From a virus (taxonomy: Duplodnaviria; Caudoviricetes): DNA of 61,401 bases. The stretch is from positions 1 through 61,401 of IMG/VR virus record IMGVR_UViG_3300030047_000019, one strand, 5' to 3'. The notes below the pieces were generated by a model, which was not told where the DNA came from, searched no databases, and was given only the letters and a program-made list of their open reading frames with translations. Both the position numbers and the translations under genes were made by a program. This document shows, one piece after another, positions 19,481 through 29,201 of the stretch. The stretch's first letter is position 1, and every line of letters starts with the position of its first letter.

Positions 19481-20398
19481 TCAGACTATTTTCGGCCACT
19501 CCTTAAACTCCTCCCCATCCAGTATATCACCGGCAGTTTTGCGACCAACACGAAACATTGTGTTAGTGGAGTAAGAATACCCAACCTCAATAGATCTCTT
19601 TGATTTAAAATATTGATCTTCATTAGTATGATCCATTGGCAACCATTCCCCCCATTGCTTAAAAAAGAATGCTGTCCCTGCCTTCTTACACTGATTCCTG
19701 ATCGATCTCACCCAATCCGGGTGCAACGGCCTTGCCTTCGATCCTGATTCACCTCCGCAGATAATCCAGTTAATCCCTTCATTATACCAAGCGATAAAAC
19801 TCTTTTTACCATTAACATCTACAATCATATTAAACTCATCAAAATCTATTGGCCCCAGCATTGGCTCAATACTCACAAACCTTTTGGCTGCTTTTATCTG
19901 AAGAAGTATTGGAATCCGTTTATTCGCCATCTCCTGGTTCTCAGCTGTTACTCCCAGCCATACATTTTCAGGAAAATCACCGGTCATTTTATCTTTAATA
20001 TTCTCCGGCCGTTTGGTCAGAATAATAAAAAGGTGTTGCGGACATTGCCTGATTACCTGCATTACCTGGTTAATCCAGTTGCAAGGCACATTTTTATGAA
20101 ACAAATCACTCATCGAGCAAACGAATATCATCCGTGGCGATTTCCATTGAAGCGGATTGTCAATGTGGTCGGTATTCAGGCAGGTATGTCCATTCCAACC
20201 TTGTTTATTGACAACATTACTATAAGCATAGTAAGTTTCACTTTTGCTCTTCTCAAGCATATATGGGATCCGCATGGCCATCTTCTCAGCATAACAATTA
20301 TCACAACCCGGGCTTACCTTCGAACATCCCACAATCGGGTTCCATGTTTCCGGCCGGTATCCCGGCATATTCAACCATGATATTTTATGTTCTTTCAT
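19481..20398 (-). CDS. Phage Gp37/Gp68 (DUF5131) family protein
   Basis: WNPIVGCSKVSPGCDNCYA, SMSDLFH, LTKRP, GGESG and FFFKQWG motifs. Confidence 0.92.
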   Translation of the reverse strand: MKEHKISWLNMPGYRPETWNPIVGCSKVSPGCDNCYAEKMAMRIPYMLEKSKSETYYAYSNVVNKQGWNGHTCLNTDHIDNPLQWKSPRMIFVCSMSDLFHKNVPCNWINQVMQVIRQCPQHLFIILTKRPENIKDKMTGDFPENVWLGVTAENQEMANKRIPILLQIKAAKRFVSIEPMLGPIDFDEFNMIVDVNGKKSFIAWYNEGINWIICGGESGSKARPLHPDWVRSIRNQCKKAGTAFFFKQWGEWLPMDHTNEDQYFKSKRSIEVGYSYSTNTMFRVGRKTAGDILDGEEFKEWPKIV

Positions 20399-20787
20399 TT
20401 TAAGAGTTTAAGTATGTTTGCCGTAGTTTTAGATACATAATCATCTATTTCAATGTGACTTCTTTTACTTGCTGGATGTGCTATTTTTAAAGTTCTTGGA
20501 ATATCAGATAAAAAGTTTCTATGAATCCAGGCACCAAGGAGAATAATTATATCCCAGTCTTCCGGGTGATTCTTATCGTGCCAATCTATTCTTAATTTAC
20601 ATATTTCAATTAAGTCAGTTGGCAAGTATTCTACATCACACAGGTTCGTTTTTAGGCATTCGTATGGCCGCAACTGTTTGATAATACGATCTATTAACTT
20701 TCCCGACTTAGTGCTACTGCACAATGGCATCTTACCAGGCTTATTGTGCATTCCTACAAAAATGATTCTTGGTCCCATCTGATTCAA
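20395..20787 (-). CDS. Uracil-DNA glycosylase-like fold protein
   Basis: IIFVG.., IILLG and HPAS motifs. Confidence 0.45.
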   Translation of the reverse strand: MNQMGPRIIFVGMHNKPGKMPLCSSTKSGKLIDRIIKQLRPYECLKTNLCDVEYLPTDLIEICKLRIDWHDKNHPEDWDIIILLGAWIHRNFLSDIPRTLKIAHPASKRSHIEIDDYVSKTTANILKLLK

Positions 20788-20843
20788 TTTGGTTCATCTT
20801 AATCTCCTTAAACTCCTTAATGACCTTAATCTCCTTACCCTCT

Positions 20844-21428
20844 TTACAATTTACCTTCGTTATATTCAGCTATTACCGTTCTCAATTCAAATGAGTAATT
20901 GCTGTATGCCGTCTCCGGATCATGATACTGAAGCGGATAATCGCTTCCCTTGAAAAAGCAGTTAAATTCAATCTCCTGGGCTTTCAGATCGTACTTCTTC
21001 ACCAATTTCAGCAAGCTTACACGCAGTCCGTACACTTCGAAAATAACCTTAATGATCCGGTCTTCCACCTCGCAATAAAAAGGCAGGTGCACCTTAAGCG
21101 GTTTAATCATATCACCCACATACGCCTCTGCAGCATCATGCAATAGCGCGGCCAGTTCAATGCCTGGAGACACGTACACATTATTCTTTTTCATCAGGTA
21201 ACGTACCAGCATACTGTGTTCAGCCACCGAGAAAAACCGTGGCGACATGCCCGAAAAATGAGGCTTATACGCCAATCCTTTGGCGATATCCATCAGATCC
21301 ACCATATCTGCAGTTGGCTCCAGCAGATTAAACTTCTTACCCGAAATAGTATTGATACAGCCATCCAGCTGCCTTAGCGGAATCAACTCTTCCTTAATTG
21401 CGATTTCTTTTTCCATTAAACTTTTCAT
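20844..21428 (-). CDS. HD-domain phosphohydrolase (YfbR/YfdR-like)
   Basis: SVAEHS, ALLHDAAEAYVGD. Confidence 0.85.
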   Translation of the reverse strand: MKSLMEKEIAIKEELIPLRQLDGCINTISGKKFNLLEPTADMVDLMDIAKGLAYKPHFSGMSPRFFSVAEHSMLVRYLMKKNNVYVSPGIELAALLHDAAEAYVGDMIKPLKVHLPFYCEVEDRIIKVIFEVYGLRVSLLKLVKKYDLKAQEIEFNCFFKGSDYPLQYHDPETAYSNYSFELRTVIAEYNEGKL

Positions 21429-21693
21429 TAATTGTTGGTTATTTTAAAGTCCTTATTGTCCTTATCATCCTTATGGTCATTACGGTCAATATATTCCGGC
21501 CTTCCACAGTTGCTTCTCACTTCAAATTCAATCACCCATACCCATGGATTTTTATCCCAGCTTTTTCTACCATTCAGTCACTGGGATTTTCATTCATTCG
21601 TTCAAGGCCTCTGGTTCTTCTGGTCATTCCTTTTAATAGGGCAAGAATAGCCTGCACCATTGGAGTGCTGAATAAAATTGGTAATTCTTTCAT
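21428..21693 (-). pseudogene. Internally deleted, frameshifted ASCH-like phage gene
   Basis: Hand translation: MKELPILFSTPMVQAIL...MTRR then stop; another frame gives SWDKNPWVWVIEF. Confidence 0.65.
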
Positions 21694-21696
21694 GGC

Positions 21697-21939
21697 TTAT
21701 AATATTAATCGCATGGAAATAGCTTCTATTGCTGGAGATGGAGGATTAACCTCTTGTAATTCACTGTGAAACTCTTCCGTCCTGATCTCATTGATATCAC
21801 AGGCTATCCGGCTCATAAAACAGACTACAGCAATACCGCTTTCCGTTATACCTTCCCATACTCTGGCCGGTACTCCCGTCTCCAAAGCGCTGGGTTTTAA
21901 AGTCACAATCTTTGAGGTTGGTGAAATAATGATTTTCAT
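21697..21939 (-). CDS. Hypothetical protein
   Basis: 80-aa ORF in the early operon. Confidence 0.55.
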   Translation of the reverse strand: MKIIISPTSKIVTLKPSALETGVPARVWEGITESGIAVVCFMSRIACDINEIRTEEFHSELQEVNPPSPAIEAISMRLIL

Positions 21940-22011
21940 TTGGTTATTTTTTTATTGATTATTGGATATTCATTATTGGTTATTTTCCAAATCCTCCCCC
22001 TTGTGGGGGAG

Positions 22012-22287
22012 TTAGAGGGGGCTTCTGTTTTCTCTTCCACCCTTTTTCAGCGGCTCATGATTAGGCTGTTGTGCTAGCCGTTCCAGGAACCGGTTCTTTC
22101 GTTCCAGCGATGTAAAATATTTAATGTACTTCTGCCGTGGATCATGATAAGAGAATGGATATTTAGAAACATCCGGGCTCTTGCAATGCCTCTGTTTCAG
22201 CATTTCCCGATCATGATTCGGTTTTAGTTTATTCATACCTGGCATAAGTTCCACCGGCAATGCTTTCGTTGGGTTCTTACTGATCAT
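22012..22287 (-). CDS. Hypothetical protein
   Basis: ORF in the early operon. Confidence 0.5.
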   Translation of the reverse strand: MISKNPTKALPVELMPGMNKLKPNHDREMLKQRHCKSPDVSKYPFSYHDPRQKYIKYFTSLERKNRFLERLAQQPNHEPLKKGGRENRSPL

Positions 22288-22297
22288 AATTTGGTTT

Positions 22298-22546
22298 TTA
22301 GTTAAGATCTCTTCTAAGCACTACATCACAATATGAATCTGCATTGATTTTTATAGACGTTATCGTCTCGATTTTAAAGCCACTTTCTAACATGTCTTTA
22401 AGTGTTTTATCTGAGATCCAAGAGCTTCTTAATTCGATATACTCACCAGGGAATGACAGTCCTGACATTTCTGTGGTTTTCCAATATCTTACCCAATTTT
22501 GGGCATTGTCTTTAATAATTCCGAAAATAATTTGTTCAATATTCAT
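22298..22546 (-). CDS. Hypothetical protein
   Basis: ORF in the early operon. Confidence 0.5.
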   Translation of the reverse strand: MNIEQIIFGIIKDNAQNWVRYWKTTEMSGLSFPGEYIELRSSWISDKTLKDMLESGFKIETITSIKINADSYCDVVLRRDLN

Positions 22547-22655
22547 TGCTTAAATTTTAATTTATAAATAGTTTAAATTGGTGTAAATCTGTAGTAATCT
22601 ATATCAGCGCATTCTTTAAGACTCCCCTTGTGGGGGAGGTTTGGTGGGGGCTTTT

Positions 22656-22994
22656 TTATTGCAGCCATTCAAATGGCCAGCTGCCCCTGGGTCTCATACT
22701 CCAATAGAATTCAATCCTGCTAGAGGCGCTTCCTTTAGCGGGTCCCATCCTTTGCTCCTTCTGTATCAGCTTGCATTTATGCTGTCTTGAGGCATATTTA
22801 CAACCCGAACATGAGGACAGCAATAGGTAAATAATAAGGATACCTACCGGGTATGTTATTTTTGAGAAAAACTTCGACCAGGTGAATGCGCATTCCGGGC
22901 AATTATTTCCATGCAGGTGAGCGTCAAATATGGCTCCGCATAAGGTACACTCGGTCCATATCTCATGGTTAAGAAGCCTGTTACTTGTTTTCAT
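22656..22994 (-). CDS. Hypothetical protein with CxxC...CxxC zinc ribbon and hydrophobic segment
   Basis: CTLC/CPEC; coupled to the upstream stop. Confidence 0.45.
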   Translation of the reverse strand: MKTSNRLLNHEIWTECTLCGAIFDAHLHGNNCPECAFTWSKFFSKITYPVGILIIYLLLSSCSGCKYASRQHKCKLIQKEQRMGPAKGSASSRIEFYWSMRPRGSWPFEWLQ

Positions 22995-23725
22995 TAGAAA
23001 AGAATTTGTCGGATTGAATTTTTGTAGTTATAAAGCTCCTCGATGTGATGGAGATACTCCTTGCACGAAGTCTGAGGCTCAATAGTGAGGCTGTGTTTCT
23101 CAAGCTTTTTGAATACCTGGCTTTGATCGTACTTTTCGCTGGCGTTCAGCTTCTCCATGGCCTGCAGAAATGCCCGCGATTTCCAGTCTGCATCAAACTT
23201 ATCATACTCCTTCGCCAGATTTAGAATCCTCATTGTAAATGGCTCATAATTTGCCTTAAACTGCCCAGACCTGAATGCTTCACTGCTTCCTCCGCTTCCA
23301 ACCTTGCCGTACATTAACAGATTAATGCAGACCGAAATATTAATTTTATATTTCTCTGCCGTAGATTCAAGAATTTTGTAATCGGCTTTGTTGATATCGG
23401 CATCGATATAGCAGTTCATGTAATCCTTGATCTTCCATTTGCTTTGATTATTGTTGATCTCTGCAATCTGCCGCAATGTAAAGTTGGGTACCACAACAAA
23501 AAATACTGGGAGAGCCAGTTTTTTACAGACATAAAACCGGTGTTGGCCATCGATGATGAAGTATTCTTCATTAACCATTACCGGGCAATATTTAAAGAAG
23601 TTTAGTCCTGACTTAACACTCTTGATAATTTTCTCAATTTTAGCCTCGTTCAGGTCACGGTTACCGTGCAGAAACCTGAACATACCATAATCACTGGTAT
23701 ATTGAATTTTGGTATTACTATCCAT
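22994..23725 (-). CDS. ParB/Srx-like N-terminal domain protein
   Basis: GNRDLN, IIDGQHR motif; start MDSNTK. Confidence 0.75.
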   Translation of the reverse strand: MDSNTKIQYTSDYGMFRFLHGNRDLNEAKIEKIIKSVKSGLNFFKYCPVMVNEEYFIIDGQHRFYVCKKLALPVFFVVVPNFTLRQIAEINNNQSKWKIKDYMNCYIDADINKADYKILESTAEKYKINISVCINLLMYGKVGSGGSSEAFRSGQFKANYEPFTMRILNLAKEYDKFDADWKSRAFLQAMEKLNASEKYDQSQVFKKLEKHSLTIEPQTSCKEYLHHIEELYNYKNSIRQILF

Positions 23726-23729
23726 GGGT

Positions 23730-24227
23730 TTATTTATTTGGAATTTTTGCGCTTTCTTGAGCTTCTTTAAGTGCGAAGTATTCAGAATTGAGTATCTCAA
23801 TCAGATCTGTATTGGTAAGGCTATTGGCATATTTATCAGGAATATTTAGGATAAAACAATTTTCAGCATTTTGAATTGCTGGACACCAAAAAGGTGATTT
23901 TGGTCCAAATAGACCATTTAATTCAGTATATCTGACTTCAGGCAGAGCAGCTATCTGGGCTGAAATTTCCTTTCCTAATTTTGAATTTAACCGTGGCATA
24001 TATTCCAACGGTCCGTATCCTGTTTTTTTCCAGATTTTCAAATCCTGTTCAACTGGAAAACAAATACTCGAAATACCGCCTCCAATACTCCATCCTGATG
24101 GGCGGAAGGTAATGCCACCCAATTTTTTGCATAAATCCATAGAGGCATTTATTGCTGCTACTTTTTCATTCAGAATATTGTAAATATTATTGTATAGTTC
24201 TGTATTTTTTAAAACTTTAAATTTCAT
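23730..24227 (-). CDS. Hypothetical protein
   Basis: 165-aa ORF. Confidence 0.6.
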   Translation of the reverse strand: MKFKVLKNTELYNNIYNILNEKVAAINASMDLCKKLGGITFRPSGWSIGGGISSICFPVEQDLKIWKKTGYGPLEYMPRLNSKLGKEISAQIAALPEVRYTELNGLFGPKSPFWCPAIQNAENCFILNIPDKYANSLTNTDLIEILNSEYFALKEAQESAKIPNK

Positions 24228-24230
24228 GGT

Positions 24231-24506
24231 TTATTGGTTTTGAAGTGTTATAAATTCATGCATAAGCTTTTTAAAGCACCGGTGTGATTCGCTCGGGATC
24301 AATACACGGATCTCGTCCCGGTGATGATCCCAGAATCCTTTCATTTTATCGTCAGTGGCATAGGGGTAGGCTTCAAGCTGACTTTTTAAGTGTTGCCTGG
24401 CTTGAATAACTGTTACCTGGTCAATGCGTCGATAACCTTTCTCTTCAATTTTCTTCTGAAGTCGAATGAGTTTCTCGATATATTGGCGGGCTTCCTTTGC
24501 GAACAT
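24231..24506 (-). CDS. Hypothetical protein
   Basis: 91-aa ORF. Confidence 0.55.
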   Translation of the reverse strand: MFAKEARQYIEKLIRLQKKIEEKGYRRIDQVTVIQARQHLKSQLEAYPYATDDKMKGFWDHHRDEIRVLIPSESHRCFKKLMHEFITLQNQ

Positions 24507-24658
24507 GGCTTAATGCTTATTTTGGTTATGTCTTGCCCGTACGATGCGTACATGTTGGATGGCGTCATAAATCGACCATACAATAATTACAACTACTATT
24601 GCCCAAAACAGTGGCACCACCATGTAGTGATAAATAAAAATTAATGCTTTCATGTCGG

Positions 24659-24877
24659 TTAGTTTAGGCAACAACTATACAATTGATTGACCCATAATTG
24701 CTGAAGCCATTCGGCGGTATCCATATCCAGCACGTATGTTTCTGCCAGTGGCACTCTGAAACCGTAAATAATCTGAACTTTTCGCACCAATAAACGGGTT
24801 CCTTCCAGGTGAATTCCGATCGTAAAAACCTTTTCACCTACAATTCTTTGTTCAATACTTATAGTGGATGTCATCAT
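24659..24877 (-). CDS. Hypothetical protein
   Basis: Coupled ORF. Confidence 0.45.
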   Translation of the reverse strand: MMTSTISIEQRIVGEKVFTIGIHLEGTRLLVRKVQIIYGFRVPLAETYVLDMDTAEWLQQLWVNQLYSCCLN

Positions 24878-25077
24878 CGGGAGTATAAGAGTTCCTGATC
24901 AATCTTCTTATACATATCCACACAGCTTTCACGCTGAGTGCTAAACTCATTCGACTTTGGCAGTCCATTTTGTTCGTAATTGATTAATCCTCCCTGGAGC
25001 AATTCAAGATCTTCAGCAGTCAGTTCGTGTATCGCGAACTTTTTCGGCTTTTCATTGTTTGTGACTTCAACATACAT
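24874..25077 (-). CDS. Hypothetical protein
   Basis: 67-aa ORF. Confidence 0.5.
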   Translation of the reverse strand: MYVEVTNNEKPKKFAIHELTAEDLELLQGGLINYEQNGLPKSNEFSTQRESCVDMYKKIDQELLYSR

Positions 25078-25222
25078 AGCTGTTTGGTTTTAGTTAATGC
25101 GTGGGGACGCCTTAGTTAATTCGTGTAATTCGTGTAATTCGTCTTAATTCGTGTAATTAGTAAATTAGTGAAAATTCAGGGGCACCACTTTAGGATCTAC
25201 CCCCGAAATGCTTCATCCACCG

Positions 25223-25295
25223 TAGCGAGGATGGGATTCGAACCCATGGCCTCAGGGTTATGAACCCTGCGAGCTGCCAACTGCTCTACCTCGCA
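25223..25295 (-). tRNA. tRNA-Met(CAT), initiator-like
   Basis: Cloverleaf: GCGAGG/CCTCGC acceptor with 1:72 mismatch, CAGGG-TTCATAA-CCCTG anticodon arm with three G-C pairs, GGTTCGAATCC T-arm; CCA not encoded. Confidence 0.9.
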
Positions 25296-25408
25296 AAATT
25301 TTGTACCGGCGATTAACCTTTACCGATACAGTGCATTCAGATTTGCAATTAAAGAACGACGGCCCTTTCAATTCAGCAGCGGCCCGACTGCCCAATCAAT
25401 ATTTTGGG

Positions 25409-25963
25409 TTAAAGTATTCCTTGTTTATGCATCCAGAGTGCAATTTCAATCCGATTATTAATGCCCAGTTTTTCGTGGATCCGGTTAATATGAGTTCTTA
25501 CTGTCGGAAGCTTAATGCCAAGTTCATCAGCAATCTCCTTATCCAGTTTTCCTCCCGAAATCAAAACAGCTATCTGGAATTCACGCCTGGCCAGTGATCC
25601 TCCCGGACCAACAGGCGCCTTACAAATAATATCGAATCCTGGGCAGGTCTCCGTTTCATCACAAACCGGCATGTCAGCAGTTGTTTTCCCGTCCATCAAG
25701 TCAGGGATATGATTACAGGCTCCATATCGGCAGGAGACAAACGTCTCTTCCATTTCATCAGCCCCGGTAATGCCTAATTTCATGCGAAGACAGTTACACG
25801 CCTTGCGATCGGCAATCAGATCAGCCTGGAAAGGTTCTCTCATTTCATCTGGCAAGGTGAGGTAATCAACCGTTGTCCCGTTTAAAATGGCTCTGGCCTT
25901 ATTTTTAAATCGGTAGATTTCCAGCGTATGATCTTCCAATCCTGCGGGGATATTCATATTCAT
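25409..25963 (-). CDS. LuxR-type HTH transcriptional regulator
   Basis: LARREFQIAVLISGGKLDKEIADELGIKLPTVRTHINRIHEKLGINNR. Confidence 0.88.
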   Translation of the reverse strand: MNMNIPAGLEDHTLEIYRFKNKARAILNGTTVDYLTLPDEMREPFQADLIADRKACNCLRMKLGITGADEMEETFVSCRYGACNHIPDLMDGKTTADMPVCDETETCPGFDIICKAPVGPGGSLARREFQIAVLISGGKLDKEIADELGIKLPTVRTHINRIHEKLGINNRIEIALWMHKQGIL

Positions 25964-26172
25964 AGCTTCTTGATTTGCGCCGTCAGGCCGTTTAAATGTT
26001 CCTGATGAAGTTTTGCTATTTTAATGGCGTATTCAATCACATCTGTTCTATCCTTATCGCCGCGTAAAATCTGGTCAATATATCCTGCAGAGATTTTAAA
26101 CTCATCTGCAAGGGTTTGGCGATACCCCTTTGGCATCATCCGCCTCAATTTCTGTAACTCTTTTTTAGTCAT
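25960..26172 (-). CDS. Cro-like HTH protein
   Basis: QTLADEFKISAGYIDQILRG; divergent from the repressor. Confidence 0.7.
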   Translation of the reverse strand: MTKKELQKLRRMMPKGYRQTLADEFKISAGYIDQILRGDKDRTDVIEYAIKIAKLHQEHLNGLTAQIKKL

Positions 26173-26295
26173 TATAATCCTGTATTTAAAAAGTGTTGTA
26201 ATTGTGTTATATTCGTGCTGTAATAGTGCTGTAAACCTACAGAAGAAATATGTAATTACAAAATAAATCTGTAATTATTTACAAATATTTTTTGT

Positions 26296-26760
26296 ATGAA
26301 TTATATATCATTGAATATTAAATACTTGTTTGATAGCCAGGATTTATCAGAAGAAAATTATGGTAAGCTTTTTGATTTGAATAGAGGTGCTATACAATCT
26401 TACACAACTGGGAAAGCATCACCCAAAATAGAAGCATTACAAAAAATAGCTGTAAAATACAATTTGCTTATTGATGATTTAGTGAACAGGGATATCAGTA
26501 AAATAATTAATACAGAGTCTGAATTACACTCATATCCTGTTAAAGAAGTCGCAAACCCCTCGAATGAATCAATTACTCTCTATTCCTGTCCTGAATGCAT
26601 TGTAAAGCAAAAGGATATTGAATCACTTGAAAAGGATAAGCGTTATTTAGAAAAAGAGAATGCGCTGCTAACAGAATTACTTGAAAATTATCGTGAGAAT
26701 GCAAAAAAAGAGACCGAACCTCCGGATAGTACACAAGAAAGGCAAGGTACAAAACTATAA
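26296..26760 (+). CDS. CI-like XRE repressor (no obvious S24 peptidase domain)
   Basis: N-terminal HTH (NIKYL...LNRGAIQSYTTGKASP); divergent switch arrangement. Confidence 0.75.
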   Translation: MNYISLNIKYLFDSQDLSEENYGKLFDLNRGAIQSYTTGKASPKIEALQKIAVKYNLLIDDLVNRDISKIINTESELHSYPVKEVANPSNESITLYSCPECIVKQKDIESLEKDKRYLEKENALLTELLENYRENAKKETEPPDSTQERQGTKL

Positions 26761-26851
26761 TAATATTATTAAACTGGTTTGGTGGGGTGGGAGAGAAATT
26801 AAGATTGTGAAAGTGATATAAGATGAAGATTGCATTTGAAAATTAAGTGAT

Positions 26852-27172
26852 ATGTATATAGAAGATTTAAAAGAGAACCTGAAACTTGTAAACGAATTAC
26901 GGGATGAACTAAAAGTATTGAAAAAGGAAGCCAGGCGTGGTTATACCTTACACGAATATATTGATCTAATACAAGAACGTTTATGGAACGATCATGGCGA
27001 AAGAGATCGGTTTGCGGAACCAAAACGACTTGCTAATTTCAAGTTAGATGAACTCAGAGACATTAATAAGGAACAGTTTAATTCTGCATTTTCAAAGAAT
27101 AAAACTAAGCTTCTCTCAATTCTGAATCGTTACATAAAGGATTTGCAAATCGGATTTCAGGAATCCGATTAA
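26852..27172 (+). CDS. Hypothetical protein (likely lysogen-expressed)
   Basis: Co-oriented downstream of the repressor. Confidence 0.55.
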   Translation: MYIEDLKENLKLVNELRDELKVLKKEARRGYTLHEYIDLIQERLWNDHGERDRFAEPKRLANFKLDELRDINKEQFNSAFSKNKTKLLSILNRYIKDLQIGFQESD

Positions 27173-27453
27173 GTATCAACGAAAGTTCATCAATATTACG
27201 CCAATATATACAAGTAATGTCCCTGTGTCCATTTGTATAAACCGTAAGGCCTTTAATTCCATTGATAATAAAGAATTTTAGTTCAATAGTTCGGCATCCT
27301 GATTTAAAGTTATAGTAAATCATTAAATGATGACACTCCTTTATTGGCCACAATACTTTCACTTCGAATCTGCGCCAGAAGTCGCTTGATGAGAAGAAAA
27401 TTTGAAGTTCATTTTTCATTGATTAAAATGTATATAAACGATTTAATTTATAC

Positions 27454-27489
27454 CAAAGCTAATGATTTAGGTAAATGCGTTAAAGGACA
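27454..27489 (-). promoter_or_regulatory. Putative late promoter, copy 3
   Basis: TGTCCTTT-N20-TAGCTTTG pointing toward ORF 27105..27419 and antisense to the repressor operon. Confidence 0.65.
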
Positions 27490-27493
27490 AAGT

Positions 27494-27705
27494 TGACATA
27501 CACATTATATACTATCAACATTCCCAAATACAATACAAAACGAACAGATACACAAAACACGTTTTTTGAAATAGTAAGGATTAAGTGGTTGCAAGGGTTT
27601 TGAATCTCCCGCCAGCTCCACGAAGTTCTATAACATCACTGATATTCACGTATTTACATTAAAAATGTGTATGTCAGTTTAAAAAAAGTGTATGTCGTTG
27701 TGTAT
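27494..27705. other. attP: attP: core CTCCCGCCAGCTCCAC (27606-27621) with arm-type repeats
   Basis: Core resembles the tmRNA/tRNA 3' end; TGACATACACAT (27494-27505) is inverted at 27665-27676, with further GTGTAT copies; upstream of int. Confidence 0.75.
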
Positions 27706-27748
27706 TTTTAGGTTTTAGTGTGCGTGGGGACGCTGCTTTACTGACTAT

Positions 27749-29008
27749 ATGAAACGACAGAAATTGTTCAGGGCGCCGCGCCTGTTTGATCAGGGCGGTG
27801 ACCTTACAAAACCCTGGTGGATCGAACTGGGGTATCGGGATCCTCGCGACGGCATGATGAAGCGTAAGCGATATCAGGATGGTTTTGCCCAGTTGCGGAC
27901 AAAAAAAGACCGGTATAAGTTTGCAGAAGAATTGATCAACAACCTCACTGCAAAACTTCTTAAAGGTTGGAACCCTACCGACGATTCATCGGTACAGGTA
28001 GTATATGTCGATGATCTGGAGTATCACCAGGCAGCTCAGGTATACGGCCGCAAACGGAAAGCAAATAAAAACGTCCGGTTCTACGCATCAGAATATGTCA
28101 CTCTTCAGAAAAGCATCAAAGCAAAAAAGACTTATGAGAGTTACCGCGGAAAGCTGCGCGAATTCGTCTCCTGGCTTGAACGGGAAAAATTAATCGATAA
28201 TGATCTTACCACCTACAACCATGATTTAATACTGCGATTTTTCGATTACCTGATCATTGATCGAAAATTAGCTGGACCAACGATTGAAAAATACAAATTA
28301 ACGCTCGATGGATTCTGGGCTTACCTCATTGATCGCAAAGCAATAAACGAAAGTCCGGTTGGTAAAATTCAATTGCCCGAAACAGGCGAAGACTTTTCAG
28401 CTATTCCTTTTCTCGACGAAGATCTTCAGCAAATACTTCCCATCATCAGATCCGAAGATCCCCAGCTATTCATGGGAGCGATGATTCAGTACTTTTGTTT
28501 TGTTCGCCCTGGTGACGAGCTACTCAAGTTAAAACTAAACCAGGTAAACTTATCGGCTCGAACAATCCATATCCCAAAAAATGTAGCAAAAAAGAGGAAA
28601 GAACGGACCGTTGATATCCCCGAACAGATGTATAAGATTTTGGTCGATCAGGGAATACAATGCTATGGCAAGGATATGTACCTGATAGGTCCGTTTGGCC
28701 GACCTGGTAACCGACCAATAGGTTATAACACTTTGCGGGGCCGCTTCAATAAATACCGTGACCGGTTGGGATTAACTGATCTTTATAAATGGTATTCATT
28801 CAAGCATACTGGCGCCGGAAAATTACTGGAGAGCGGTGCGACAATTATCGAGATCATGAACCAGCTGGGACATACTGATATCGCCTCCACCTATCGATAC
28901 ATCCGCCGTCACTTTGGCGATCGTTCGGAGCATGTCCGTACTAAGTTCCCCGATCCTCCTGGTTTCGGTTTTAATGAGGTACCGGAGTCAATTGAATTCT
29001 TTATTTAA
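27749..29008 (+). CDS. int: Tyrosine integrase
   Basis: R (VRPGDEL), K, KHTG, LGH and Y (TYRY) catalytic residues; 419 aa. Confidence 0.95.
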   Translation: MKRQKLFRAPRLFDQGGDLTKPWWIELGYRDPRDGMMKRKRYQDGFAQLRTKKDRYKFAEELINNLTAKLLKGWNPTDDSSVQVVYVDDLEYHQAAQVYGRKRKANKNVRFYASEYVTLQKSIKAKKTYESYRGKLREFVSWLEREKLIDNDLTTYNHDLILRFFDYLIIDRKLAGPTIEKYKLTLDGFWAYLIDRKAINESPVGKIQLPETGEDFSAIPFLDEDLQQILPIIRSEDPQLFMGAMIQYFCFVRPGDELLKLKLNQVNLSARTIHIPKNVAKKRKERTVDIPEQMYKILVDQGIQCYGKDMYLIGPFGRPGNRPIGYNTLRGRFNKYRDRLGLTDLYKWYSFKHTGAGKLLESGATIIEIMNQLGHTDIASTYRYIRRHFGDRSEHVRTKFPDPPGFGFNEVPESIEFFI

Positions 29009-29201
29009 ATCGAAGCTTTTTTAAGCCTCCCCTTGAGGGGGAGGTTTGGTGGGGGCTAAAAAAACCCCCGGACAACGCGTGACCGGGGGAAACCAATAAT
29101 CTATAAAAAAAAGAGAAAATCCTAACCTTCAGTATCAACCCTGATATTAACCGGATTATGGCTGATTTCATTAAATATTGAATTGCCTTAAAGTCCTTAT
29201 T

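Noticed and set aside
25110-25165. Possible CRISPR array
   Set aside because: Only 9-bp tandem repeats with no spacers; no cas genes anywhere in the window
27606-27621. Full tmRNA or tRNA gene
   Set aside because: Only a 16-bp 3'-end-like fragment is present, with no upstream body; treated as the att core
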